The position numbers and the translations under genes are program-made. DNA of 62,581 nt, filler included. It is 4 parts of 4 records of this genome, joined end to end, with 100 filler letters (N's around TTAATTAATTAA, not from the genome) between each part and the next. Parts side by side here need not be neighbours in the genome. Positions count along the whole stretch, not along the records: positions 43,773 to 57,459 come from SRR20825019_1516; 3 more parts are not named here. One strand, given 5' to 3'. The notes below the pieces were generated by a model, which saw only the letters and a program-made list of their open reading frames with translations, searched no databases and was not told the origin of the DNA. This document shows positions 44,064-57,193 of this stretch, one piece after another; the stretch's first letter is position 1, and each line of letters opens with the position of its first letter.

Positions 44064-45149
44064 TCAGTGGGTCTCATCGCTGGAATTCAAGTGTAGCAAG
44101 TCAACAATGTCTTGCCTATTACGGTCTGCTGCCCAGTATAGCGCAGGCGTGCCGATGTGTTGGGAGTTCTTAACGTCAATCCCGGCCACGGCAACAAGCA
44201 TTTGCACTATGGAGAGGTGCCCGAACGCCGCGGCCCTCCCAAGAGGGGTATCCGATCCCTCACGGTCGGGCTGGTTCACATCGACGTTCATCTTCACAAG
44301 CTCAGCCACCACCAGGGGCCGGAACGCGTCCACCGCTATGAGCAGAGGAGTCATGCCATTCTCGTCATAGGCACCGATGTCATCGCTGAAGCTCCGCACC
44401 GCCGCGACATCCCCTGCTCGCGCAGCATCATGAACAGAGCTGTGCACGGGTGCTGGCAGCTGGCCCATCCACTCCTGATCCACCTGCACGAGGTGCATGG
44501 CAACCCCATCGTGTCCTTGGTTCGATGCCAGCCAGGCCGGGGTTCTTCCGTTCTCGTCCTCCTTGTAGCAGTCGCCTTCACCGCCCATGCGCAGCACCAC
44601 CTTCACCACACCCATGTGCCCTGCGCGCGCGGCATACCACAGCGGGGGGTGGCCATCATCATCACACTCCTCCCCGACCATGCCTTCTCTCAGCATCAGC
44701 TCCACCACATCTGGGGCATTGCTGTCACAAGCCGCTTGGAACGGCGTTGTATTGGAGTCATCGGGCCCAGGGGTTATGCCAAGGCCATTCAAGTAGCGCA
44801 CCATCTCCACGTGGCCACCGGCACACGCCAGCCAGAAGGGGGTTTGGCCATCATAGTTGATGGCCTCGGGGTCCCCCCCACCACTCACAAGGGTGACTGC
44901 AGCCTCAACATCACCCAAGGCGGCCGCGCAGCACAGCGCAGTGTTGCCATCGTTTGAGTTTCCCTTCTCAGTGGATGCCCCCAGGTCCAACAGCACACGC
45001 ACAACCTCCTGGCGCACCCGCGCCTCCTCTACACAGGCCAGCGCCACTTCCAGGGGTGTGCGCCCGTCGCCATCGTATTGGTCGACATCAGCTGCCAGGT
45101 CACGGACGTCTTCCACACAGCCCCGGCTCACAGCGTCGTGTATAGACAT
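44064..45149 (-). CDS. Ankyrin-repeat protein
   Basis: Start MSIHDAVSRG; repeated GRTPLE/GNTALC/GQTPFW/GHPPLW/GMTPLL/DTPLG...GH..V..L units. Confidence 0.9.
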   Translation of the reverse strand: MSIHDAVSRGCVEDVRDLAADVDQYDGDGRTPLEVALACVEEARVRQEVVRVLLDLGASTEKGNSNDGNTALCCAAALGDVEAAVTLVSGGGDPEAINYDGQTPFWLACAGGHVEMVRYLNGLGITPGPDDSNTTPFQAACDSNAPDVVELMLREGMVGEECDDDGHPPLWYAARAGHMGVVKVVLRMGGEGDCYKEDENGRTPAWLASNQGHDGVAMHLVQVDQEWMGQLPAPVHSSVHDAARAGDVAAVRSFSDDIGAYDENGMTPLLIAVDAFRPLVVAELVKMNVDVNQPDREGSDTPLGRAAAFGHLSIVQMLVAVAGIDVKNSQHIGTPALYWAADRNRQDIVDLLHLNSSDETH

Positions 45150-45199
45150 GCTGCCCCTTCGTGGTTGGTGCCTAGAGACGGCACGCACTGATATAACTG

Positions 45200-46040
45200 A
45201 AAACCAAGGCGGCCGCACGCCGCAATGCGGCCCAACCACCACCCTATTATGGCGGCCATCGGCCCCGGCGTGCGGCCCCGCCATGCCGGCCGGGCGAAGG
45301 ACTGTCGCCGCGCCGCAACGCCTGAGCGACGGACTGGGCGTGCGCTCGCCTCCGCCGGCGGCGAGGCCCCGCGTCCCGTCCGGACCGCCGCTCGGGGTGA
45401 CGCCGGCGGTGGCCGGCGGTGGCCGGCCGGCGCGCCGGGCGCGCCAACTGCCTCGCCGCGCCGCGGGCCCCGGCCCCGCGGCCCGGCCGCCGCCGGCGGC
45501 CCGCCGGCTGGCATCCCGGGTCGGTCCGGCGCGGGGCTCACCCCGAGCCGCAGGGCTCCGGCGGGCGGCCCCGGGGGAGTCCGGCCCGGCGCCCGGCCGC
45601 GCCCCGGGACGGAGCCCGGCTCGGCCACGGTGGACGTGTGTCAATCAACCAATCAAGGAGCCGGGGCATCATGATCAGCCCAGCCTTCGCCTGTCGCTTC
45701 ACTAACCGCGCACTCTGAAGGCGCTGGCGCTGCCGGGAGATTTCCTTCGATCGGGTGATCATTGCCCCCCCGGGGCCGCCGGGACGACCGCAGCAGCCAC
45801 GACGACTCCGGGCAGTCCGGTCGGTCGGGGCACCGTGCGATCCGGCGGGCGACGTCCTCGGCCCGGAGAACGTCGCCGGTCGGGTCAGTGGCCAGGCGCC
45901 CGCATGCGGGGGCCGGCGGCGCGCGGCGAATGATAGTGCAGCCGGGCGCCGCGTAGGGCCGCCCGGTCGCGCCCACCGGGCCGGGGTGCCTCTCATCACT
46001 CACCGTGGTGATCCGACCGGACAGCACACCAGGGCGGATG
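45200..46040. promoter_or_regulatory. GC/CpG-rich island, putative bidirectional promoter
   Basis: Extremely GC-rich stretch between divergent starts at 45149 (-) and 46344 (+). Confidence 0.55.
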
Positions 46041-46343
46041 ATGGTAGGTTATTAATGCAGTGCGCTCAGACACTCATCGGCTTCACCCGTCGGCGGGCAT
46101 GTTCGCTGCGCCGTCGCCGGATCCTTCGCCAAGGCCACCCAACACCCGCCCGATGGTTGAATGCCACCACCTGAAGCCAGGACTGCACCGACCGTGAAGC
46201 AGTCACTCCGTGACGTCTGCCCTGCCCAGCACTTGTCTGCTGGTGTGTGGTCACTCGAGGACTCCACCCCTTGACATATCGCCCTCGCTGCTCCAACAGT
46301 CACCCAAACTGCGTCGCAACAGCCGGCTGTCAGCACAGTAAGC

Positions 46344-49300
46344 ATGCCTCGTCCTGCAGTATGGTGCTGCTTGGCTCTGTTCGTTGCTGTCACTGTAGCC
46401 GCGATATCCAAGGTAAGCGGGTATACTGTCCGGCCGCGCTGGGGAGGACTGACTGAGCCTTGCCACAGAACGGAAATCTCCGAGCTGCGCCTGTGAACAC
46501 CCCTATATTCTTGCGCGCAAAGACCCTCTACCCAGCTGAGATGCATGCGCTCGGAGTGAACAGCCGGAGAATGCATAGCATGGGTGCGGGTATCAGCAAG
46601 GTCACCTACCTCGTGCAGTTCAAACCGGAGCTCAGCACTAGGGAGTGCCGGGCTGTAGCCACGGAGATCGGAGTGACGCTGGGGGACTTCATCCCGGAAA
46701 AGTCGTGGAAGGTCTACTGTCTACCCTCCAGTAAGATCTCTTAGGGGTGTGAAGGGTTTGCCTGCTAACCTGTGCTCTTCGTAGTTGCGATGCGCCTGGC
46801 CAACCACAATAGCGTGAACTTCGTGGTCGAATACCTTCCGGAGTACAGGGTAGACCCACAGCTTGCTGCCAAGAACAACCTTGCCCTGGCTGGTGCTGGC
46901 CCGGCAACCACCCTTGCCTCACCCGGGAGCGCGCAACTGATGGAGGAGGAGCTGGATGGGCCGGTGGTGTACTCGGTGTCCTCAAGCCCCTTCGACGATG
47001 GTCAGACCGTGGGGCTATTCTTCAACGTGGATGTGCAGGTTTTGCGAGCTGATGGCAAGACGGTCCACGAGCTGAGGGCTGATCTCGAGAGCTATCTTTC
47101 CCAGCGCCTGCAGAGCAACAAGGTTCACGCAGTAGTGTCGCCAGGTTCGCTCCGTCGTCTGGTGGTAACGGTGCCCAAGCGCGACGAATCTTCAGCCGCC
47201 GCCTTCCTGGCCGAAAGCCACTATGCGGACATGATTGAGGAGGAAGCAGATATCGTTCTGACCAACAGGCGCTCTGCCAGCATCCTTCAATCCGGAGAGG
47301 GCTCAAGCGCCAACTATAAGTTCCCCATCTGGGATGAAGGGCTCACTGGGGATGGCCAGATCATCGCCGCGGGTGACACCGGCCTCGACTGGAGTCACTG
47401 CGACTTCCGTGATACCAAAACCTCTGTATCAGCGGGTGTGACGGATAAGTCCCGTCGCAAGATTGTCTTGATCGACTCAGTGAATGGAGTGGAAGGCGAT
47501 TCACACGGACACGGGACTCACGTGATGGGGTCAATCGCTGGCAACATCGAGGATGGCCTCAGCGAGAACCGCGGTTTGTCGTACAATGCCCAGGTTATCA
47601 TGCACAACATCTTCACATCGAACGGGGGCCTCAGCCTGCCGGGGGATCTCACTACCCGCTATTTCAACATTGCGTATGATGCCGGCGCGCGCATCCACTC
47701 CAACAGCTGGGGCTCCCCATGCTGTCCGGGAAGTTCCTCCTACATGATTGATGGGCACTGCGCGTGGAACAGCTACCGGAGCTTCGATCAGGATGTGGAC
47801 CAGTTCATGTGGCAGAACAACGACATGCTGATCCTGTTCGCCGCGGGCAATGATGGGAGCTGCGGTGATGCCAACACCGTCTCCAACACTGCCAAGAACG
47901 GGATCACGGTGGGGGCCACCTCATACGAGAATGACATCGTGTACTTCACGTCGATAGGTCTCACCAGGGACGGGCGTTACAAGCCCGATATGGTGGCGCC
48001 CGGTTACAACATCGTTTCCGCAAGAACGACGTCCAGTCTGACGGATCTTAATTGTGGCACTCGGTACATGTCCGGGACTTCCATGGCTACGCCCCTCACA
48101 GCCGGCCTGGCGGGCCTGGTGCGTGAGTACTTTGCCAAGGGTTATCATCCCACCGGTGAGCCGGTCGCGGCCAATGCTTTCAATCCCAGTGCTGCCCTCG
48201 TCAAGGCTGTTCTTATGGCAAGTGCCCGACCCGTCTCCAGCGCCAGCACTCCTCGTAAGGAAGAAGGCTTTGGGCGCCCTGTGCTGGACACCACGCTGCC
48301 ATTCAAGGGAAGCACCTTTGCCATGTTCTCCTCCACCTCCACCGGCGGTGACCAGGAGCTTGACGAAGGCGAGAGCCGCGAATACTGTGTGGATGTTCAG
48401 ACCGGGGAGGCTATCCGGTTTACCCTTGTCTACACCGACAAGCAAGCTTCGACGACGGCGGCCAAGACTTTGGTGAATGACCTTGACCTGACCGTCCTCG
48501 AGGGAACCACCACCCTCTATCCCAACGGCCTCACAGGCCCTGACAGCACCAACAACGCCGAACAGATCATCGTTTCGAATCCAGCACAGCAGCGGTACTG
48601 CGCCACTGTGACCGCACGTACTGTGGTGACGAACCGGAAGCAGAACTATGCTCTGATCATTAGCTATACCCCCGCTTCAGGTGTGCCACAGCCCGAGCCG
48701 TGCGCAGACAGGTGCGCCAAGTGCACCGGTCCTGGCGAGGACGAGTGCACTGAGTGTACCGAGGGGAATTTCCTCACAGGGTCTTCCTGTGGGGCCTGTG
48801 CGGCGGGCACCTTTGAGAATTCGGCCGCCAGGACATGTGACTCGTGCAGCGCCTCATGCGCCACTTGTGTATCGGTTGCGACCCAGTGCACATCCTGTAC
48901 GTCGGGTCAGGTCCTTCATGGAAGTTCTTGCGTCGACACCTGTCCGACGGGGACCTACACCTTGGACAGCAAGTGCCTGGACTGCGACTCATCTTGCCAA
49001 GAATGTACCGGGCCAGGAAATAACCGGTGCTCGGTGTGCCGGCCCGGAATGGTTCACAATGGCGGGGCATGCCTGGACTCGTGTCCCGACGGTCGCTACC
49101 CCGATGCCAATGCGGTGTGCCAGCCCTGTGACGCTGCGTGTTTCAAGTGTGCAGACACCCCATCCAAGTGCATTGCATGCCACAATGACTTGTACTTGCT
49201 CGGAAATTCCTGCACGTCGAATTGCCCGGACGGGTATTACCGTGGCGCATCAGGGTCTGTCGACGCAAACAAGTGCATGGACTGCCCGGTCACATGCGCA

Positions 49301-52300
49301 ACCTGCTCGTCCTCTATGAGCTGCACAGAGTGCACTGATGGCCACTACCTCCACGGTGGCAGTTGCTCGGACACCTGCCCTAAGGGGTACTACGGTTCAC
49401 CCTCTGACCGGACATGCAAAGAAGGAGAGGCCCCGGGCCCACCCGCCTCTTTTGATGACAGTAAGCAGGGCAATAACCTTGTACTCACCTGGGCAGCACC
49501 TGTGACGGGGACTGCACCATTTAGCTACACTCTTTGGCGGACGCACAATGACAATGGAGCCGGCGAGACCAGGGTGGACCTCGTGTCCAACCAGCCCAAT
49601 GTCCTCACTCATAGTGTCCCCTATGACACCCTGCCGGAGGGCATCACCGTGGTGTTCCATCTGTATGCCGAGAATGGGGCTGGCCGCGGGTCTGAAATCG
49701 TGCTTGCTGTCGATATACCCTCCTCGGCAGTGCTGCCATCGCAAGTGACGAATCTGGTTGTTAAAGAAGACACCACTTCTCATGATTTGACGGTGACATG
49801 GGAGCCGCCTTCAGTCGGCACAGCGCCCATAGTCTACCAGATTATCATGGCGACATCAGCTGACATGACCAGCGGGATGGTGGAGCTTGCCTCGGCGCAT
49901 GCGGCCACGTCACTAACTGTGCCCTCTGGCCAGACCATGGGTTCTACCACCTACTACTTCGCTGTTCACGCGGTGAACGGGGTGGGACAGGGGCCTGCAG
50001 CCACGCAGTCCGTGGCCACTGCGGCCAGGCGTGTCGAGTGCTCGATCAATAACTACTGGGAGGGCCCCTGCGGCACATTCTCTGTTCCTGAGATCTACTA
50101 CAGCATGGTGCATCGCCGCATCGAGGCCTGTGTTGCTTTTGACGGCAGTGTGGACACCATACTGTCTGTGCTTCCCGAATCACGTTCGAGCTTCCATGAG
50201 AACACCCAGATGACCATCCCGGGCATTGATGCAGACTACAGCAGCGTCGGCAGTGCCTCTCGCACAACCTTGTCCGACGATGAGTGCTACTACAAGAAGT
50301 ATTGGACGCTCTCCAGTGACAACATCGAGGCCATCCAAGCGGCATATCCATCAGGAACCGTGCCCATTCATCTTGTTCACCGGCTTGCGACCACCGAGTC
50401 GTACCGTGTCCCTGAGGAGGACTGGAAGACCACCCTGACCGACACTTCTCTTTCTGTGAAGGTCACACGGGTCGGCGACAACCACCAGTGGCGAGTCGCG
50501 ATATTCCCTGTGGTACGCCCAGGCGCGGCATTGGACACCATGAGCGTGTGTCTGAAAAAGGATGTAACGCGTAACAAGGGCTGGCATCCTACGACGATGA
50601 AGGTGGACTGCCAGGACCACGTGTGGGGCTCCAATGCGGCGGACCTCCGGGCCACCGGGTACAAGTTGAATGATATCTTGTTCAAGTCGGAGTCCCCATA
50701 TTACACGGAAATTCCTGATGTCGAGCTCGGGTTTGGTTCGGAGACGTACAACACCGTGGGCACACAAAAGGCTTACAGCTTGTTTTACGGCGGGGCTTTC
50801 TGGGAAGGCTTGTTGGGTCACCATGGTATTGAAGAAACCACTCTTGGAAAGAATCCCAAGTTCGTAGTGACTATCTTACCCATGCGGGAGGCCACCCTTA
50901 GCATGGCAGGCAAGCAGTCCGATGACCATGGGCACATCAAGTCGTTCTTCCGCGGCGTCCGCGATGCGGCGGCCTTTGATGAGACTACCTATGACTTTGT
51001 GCAGTATGTGTACCTATCCACCGATTACAATGACGGGAATTTCCGCTCCTTTGCCGCTGGGGGCAAGACGTATAACTACTTCAACGTATTCCAAGGCAGC
51101 AGTGTCTTGTTCAACGAGGGTGTGAACACGGTGCTTCATGAGATGGGACACCAAGTGTTCTCGCTGGTGGACCTCTATGACGGCTTTGGCATGAAGTTCC
51201 CCACCGGAGTGATCGATCCCCACAACATGCCCAACGAATACGGCAGCATCATGTCCAAGAACTTCGCACTGAAAAAGGTTTCAGACACACTGGTGCAGGG
51301 CTATGGCGGAAACACCTACACGGAGGAGATGCACAATGCAGGCATCCCTCCTTTCCGGGCCACTGATCCCGCCAACTGGAGGCTCACAGTCGACAGCGTT
51401 GTTCGCATAGCTGGTGCGAATCCTATGTGTACTGCTCAGCAGTTCAATGATGGCGAGTGCCACGATTGCAACGCGATGACCTATCTGACATGCTCTACGG
51501 TGCGAGAGCCTCAGCCCCCATCAGAGCCCGTAAATGTGTTGACCAAGGAGGCAGGCGTGGACATAGTGGTCTCGTGGTCACCTCCTACAAGTGGTGCTAC
51601 ACCTGTCACATATACTGTAACCATGGCCGATAATGTCGAAATCACCAGCAATGCACGCGTCGTCGCGGAGACCTCGGGCCTTACTGCCACTGCCTCCTAC
51701 GTGCAATTCCCGGTATCCTCAAAATCACTTGTCTTCATCCGTGTGACAGCATCCAACAATGATGGAAGCTCTTCGGCGACTGTCGAGCACTTGACTGGAG
51801 AGCGACCTGTTGCGCCCACCAAGCCGGAGATGTTTGAATGCACGTATTCACATTCATCAGACGTGGTCATGTGCTCTTGGATGAAGCCCTTGGTTGGAAC
51901 GGAGCCGTTGTCATATCGCCTTCGATTCGTGCGCCCAAGCGGTGATGAGCGGACCTCCCTGCATCAGTCCATGGATCCTGTATACATTCCCGTGGTAGAG
52001 TTGGCGACCAATGAGGCCAACTTTGCCCGTGGTGGCACGGGCACCGTGTATGTGACAGCATCTAACGAATGGGGAGCCAGCGAGGAAGATTCTGATAGTT
52101 TCTTAATCACCGACCCTCCAAGTGTGCCTGGTGATCTGAAGTTCCAGGAGGATGTGTCGACGATGATGCTCAAGATCTCTTGGGCGATCCCAACCCGTGG
52201 CCAGGAGCCTATTAGCTACGCTCTGTCTATGGCGAAAAATGCAGACTTCACTGAAGCTGTTGTCGCTCTGGATAGTTCCCTGGCATCTCCCAGTTACGAA

Positions 52301-55300
52301 ATCCCCCTCTCTTCGCTGAGTGGTGGCACTACGTACTACTTCAAGGTGATCGCGTCAAATAAGTTTGGAAACAGTCCACCCTCCATTGACTCCAAGTACA
52401 TCGATTCGCGTGACGTTAAGCCGGGCCCGGTGCGTAATCTGAAGACTGGTCAGACCGGCTCCAACCTGCTGATCACATGGGATGAGCCACTGGAAGGATC
52501 CCAGCAGATGGAGCCGTATAATGTCACTGTGGACAATGTTTCGTACTATTCAGCTGTGACTCATCAGCGTATCAGCCTCGACTCGCTCACGAACGGTCAG
52601 GTCTTGACCATCAGTGTGACCGCGAGGAACGCAGCGGGTGACGGGCCACCCGTAACCATTACCCACACAGTACAAAAGGAGGCCGTGTGCTCTGTCGAAG
52701 ATATCGGCGCTTGCGGTGTGTTCACTGCCCGTTGGGTTAACCATAATCTGCCTGGAAAGTTTTTGTCGGCTTGTATTGCATTCGATGGGTCAAGCGAGCT
52801 GCTGCTGGGGGCTGGTTTTACCTCGTATCGATTGAGGATAGCCCCTGATGGAGTCTCTGGTTCCAATGTATACACTATGAACACACTGACCTCCGAATTC
52901 CTGAACGATGAGCACTGTATTGTCGATTGGGGACGCTTCCACCTAGACGACGCCTCTATTGATAGCATAGTTCAAGGCACCGACTCTGCGCAAGTGCCCA
53001 TACGTGTGCAATTGGATGTGAAGTCCGCTGATACCGCGTGGAAGTCCGTCCTAGATGCATCGGTGCCCACCACAGTATACCCCCGTACTATGAACAAGAA
53101 GGTGTTCCGAGTCGCTGTAATTCCAGTGGTTGAGAGTGTGTCTACGTTCAATGATATGAACGTTTGCTTCATACGAACGGCTGGTGAGGTCGGCTGGTTA
53201 GGTGCATCATCTCAAACCAATTGCACGGTGAACACGGCGCCGTTCTCCGGTGAACACAATGTTCGATCTCATTCACTGCGGGAATTGTTGTACTCAAATA
53301 GCGATGCGACTCCTCTGACGGATATTGATAATGGCGGACAGGTACCTGTGAATGACCAGACGTACAGTGTTGGGGACGTGAATGCATACTCACTGTCGTA
53401 TCCTACCCGGTTCTGGCAGGGTCTCCTTAGAGACCACGGGGTGGAGAACACGGTAGCACTCGGTGCGTCACCTCAGCTTTCGGTGGAGGTGATTGACCCT
53501 GTTCGGGCTGAAAGTTCCACCAAGACTGCATCACTCAATCTCGATGGCACCATGAAGATTGTGATGGACTACACCCACTCGGCCTCGTGGAAAGCGGGGA
53601 TTGACCTTGCCCAGTATGACTATGTAGTCTACGCATCTGTGATGTCCGACCAAGACTCATCGTTCGGGTCCTTTGTACTACGCAATGTTTCGTATGTGTC
53701 CTTCCCTTTCAAGCACGCCAATGATGTCCCCTACAATGTGGGCATCAAGGCGATGGTGCAGTCTTTGGGTTATCTCTTGTTTGGCTTGAGTGACCTTGCC
53801 ACCGGATTCGGTGTTCAGTACCCCAGGGGGGTGCCGCACGTATATGACGATTCCTTCCCACAGCTCACTGCCTGCGTCATGGCCAATCGGTTTGCCTATG
53901 CAAAGCCCCAGACAGGCGATATCGCGCAATCGTACAACACACACTTCTATGACAAGGTCCTCGAGGAAGACGGGGTCCCTAACTTCCACACTCAGGACTT
54001 GGAGAACTATCAGCTCTGTGTGCATTCGCTGATTCAAATCACTGGCACTGAGAATGTCAATTGCGATGAAAATCAGTATTACAGTGGCATGTGTGGAGAG
54101 CAGTGCAACCCTTACAATTATTACAAATGCGATGCCTCATCAATTGTTCCTGGGGATTTGTCGAACATCCAGACGTACTTCGACAAGGACGGATACTTTG
54201 CAGTGCTTGGTTTTGGTCCGTCGGACGGCACATTGCCCTTGAGCTTGATGGTGGACTTGACCCCAGCCGAAGCTGGTGCCACAGAGGTGGATGCATGGAC
54301 TGTCGAGGAGGTCGACACTCACGATGCACACTTCTATGGTCACAGGACCGTGGAAGACATGGGGCTAACACCAGGAGCGTTGTACTCCGTGGCGTTGTAC
54401 GGTGAAAATTCTGCAGGCACTGGTGCTGTTATCGAGGTCAGCCGCTATGTGCCGTTCTATCCCAATGCTCCACGTGATCTGGAGCTGGGCCAAACCAACG
54501 AGGCCGTTGTGGCCACATGGGGCGAACCTACGCCCCCGACTGGCGTGGCCGGCAAGGACTTGGAATATGTTTACGATGTCAAGATTGGATCAAATTTCTA
54601 TGAGACTGTGTCTTCCCACCGGGCGGAGATCCCCATTGAGAACTTTGAGATGAACTACTCCTATTACATTACCATTGTTCCCAAACTGAAGCAAACTATG
54701 TTCCCGGGTGACTACGTCGGCCCTGACATGGCAGAGGGCCCGCCCGCCTTCAGCAACATTTTCATTGAAGAGGTTGTTGATCCTCCGAGTTCTGCTACCA
54801 ATCTCGAGGTTTCCGAAGACTCTAGTGGAATTCAGGTGACCTGGGCTGCGCCTCTCATTGGTTCTAACCCTATCGAATACCGTGTGAGCATGGATAGTTT
54901 CGAGGAGACGACCACCGATACCTCCATGACCATCCCAACAGACTTGTACAGCCCCAGTACGACTTACGTTGTCCACGTGGTTGCATTCAACAAGGGGGGT
55001 GAGGCGCCGTCAGTCCAGGCGGAACACACCTCGGATCCTCGAGGCTCCGCTCCGGGCGCAGTGCAATACCTCGCCGCAGAGGAAACCGAGTTCGGTCTTC
55101 GTGTGAGCTACGAACCTCCCACCACCGGGGACCCAGTCCTGACGTACTCCATTTCTATCCATGAGACCAAGGGTGCCCTGGACATCTTGATGGGCACAGT
55201 TGAGACCCAAAATCTCTCCAAGGAGTTTGAACGCGATCTTTTTGATGTAGGGGTGGCCTACACTGTTACCGTGATCGCAAAGAATACTGCCGGATCAGGG

Positions 55301-57193
55301 CCTGCCACCACCACGCAAACGGGATTCATGGACCCTCCCGGGCCTGTCGCAAGTATGTCCGTGTACCAGAACAGGTGGTCTGTCGTTGTGGAATGGGAGG
55401 AGCCCCTTGATGGCAGCAGCCCCATGGCATATACCCTTGTGATGGCCACCAATGAAGACATGACGGAAGGCCGGTATGTCTTGCGGTACAAGAGCAAAAG
55501 GAAGCCATATCGCCAGAGCGTGTCCGTGCGCGGCTTTGCCAAGGCAGGACAGCTGAATGAAGAGACAACATATTACTTCCAGCTTTTTGCAGAAAACGTT
55601 TACGGGAAAGGCCCGGCCGAGATTGTGCCGTTCGAGGTTGAGCCCCGCAAGTGCAGGTCGCGGCGAAAGCCCAAAAGATGTCCGCAGGGTTGTGTACGTG
55701 CATGGGAGGAATGTGACGAGCCTGAAGAGTGCCCGGCCGGGACCCATCTTTGTTCAAATGGCAAGTGTAGGACCAAGTGCAAGCCTATCAATGGCTGCCC
55801 GTTAGGCATGGTGATGTGTCCCAACGGATTCTGGTGAGTTCATGTGGTCCTCTTTAATTTCTGAATCTAACTGAGTTGTGCCAGCAAATCCGATGAGAGC
55901 AAGTGCCCTTCCTTCAAGAAGTGCGCCAATGGAAAGGTTCTCTGCTGGGATAACCGCTGCAGGGCGCCCACTAATTCCAAGTGCAATGCCCCGTGGGTTC
56001 AGAGCATCACGAGCCATAATGTCGTGATTGATATTCAGTCGGGCTCGGAGAGGAGTGGCTTCTTGTCGGCCGTGTCTTCGACTCCTTTGTCGCAGTCCAC
56101 CACCAGTTACGTCTCGTCAATTTCGGAAGACGATGATACCACTTCCACGGTGGGCATAGTAAGCGTATCCGAAGGGACGTTCAGCGAGAAGCTCCAGATA
56201 CACGTGGGCGCCGCTCGCGATGAGACGATTCGCAACAGTATCACAATAAGCTACAACAACCTGGATGAAGAGACCACGCCCAAGATACTGACACCCGTGA
56301 TCAATCTTTCTCTCGAGTCTGAGACTGGAGAGGCACTCACCACTATGCCAACGATGGCCAAGCCATTGACGATCCAGTTGGCGGCGGATTCACTACCGGA
56401 GGGAGTGTCCGTGTCTGATCTTTGCTTGGCGTTCTTCCACGACGTGGACATGGTCTTTGACGGTGTCACGATCCCGGCTTACGCGTTAAGCTGCACGCCA
56501 TATGAAGTGACTCAGCAGAGTGGATATCTGAAGGGGAAGACTACGCACTTCAGCAGCTATGCATTCGTGGACAAGAATAGCATGAAAACATATGAAACGC
56601 ACTCCAACAGCGACTCTGGCAGCAGCGATCCCACTCCCATCGATCTCTTTGTGATGGTTGGCTTACCCACCATTGTGCTCGTGTTCATCAGTGCCTTGAT
56701 ATTGCTTGCATTCTGTGTGATGGTTTGTATTGTACTGAGGACAGGAAAGAAACAGTCTTCGAGTCTGGCCAGCCAAGACGCCAGCTTGAGCTCAATCAGG
56801 GACAATGGCTTGTCGGAATCATTGAATCCAGTATTTACTTCAAGTCTCCCTCCAGTAGGCCCTCATGTTCGCCGGCCTTCGACAGTGGAGCCTGCTGTCC
56901 TGTGGAAGTCGAACCGTATGAAGTCTGTGGACATGGGTGATGGCAGGTCCACATCTGTTGCAGGAAGTGAGGATGCTAACTCCCTGGAGATGTCCGATCT
57001 TGGATCATCAGCCGGCAGCAGTGCCTCTTCCCACTTGATGTCGTCTGCAGAATCTCGTCAGGAGGCTGAACTGAGGAAATGGAAGGCTATCCAGGCGGGT
57101 GCTAGTGATGGAAATACACCTGCACCACAGCCGGCGGTCACGGATTCGGCGCCCCGCCGCAAGAAGTCGAAAAGGGTGTCCATCTCGGTGTGA
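46344..57193 (+). CDS. Giant type I membrane protein: S8 subtilisin (Kp43/Tag-like), furin-like Cys repeats, FN3 repeats, two metzincin-like modules, HFS domain, TM
   Basis: Exons 46344-46412, 46469-46730, 46785-55833 and 55885-57193 splice in frame to 3,562 aa. Signal MPRPAVWCCLALFVAVTVAA; triad GDTG, HGTH, GTSMA plus oxyanion AAGN; HEMGH at 51137; TTHFSSY (HFS at 56546); TM about 56645-56735. Confidence 0.85.

Noticed and set aside
45150-46174. Many overlapping R/G/P/A-rich ORFs, including the N-terminal extension of the ankyrin ORF
   Set aside because: Stop-codon scarcity in extremely GC-rich DNA; no recognisable protein features. Same for ORFs at 36-984, 7815-8267 and 15114-15627.
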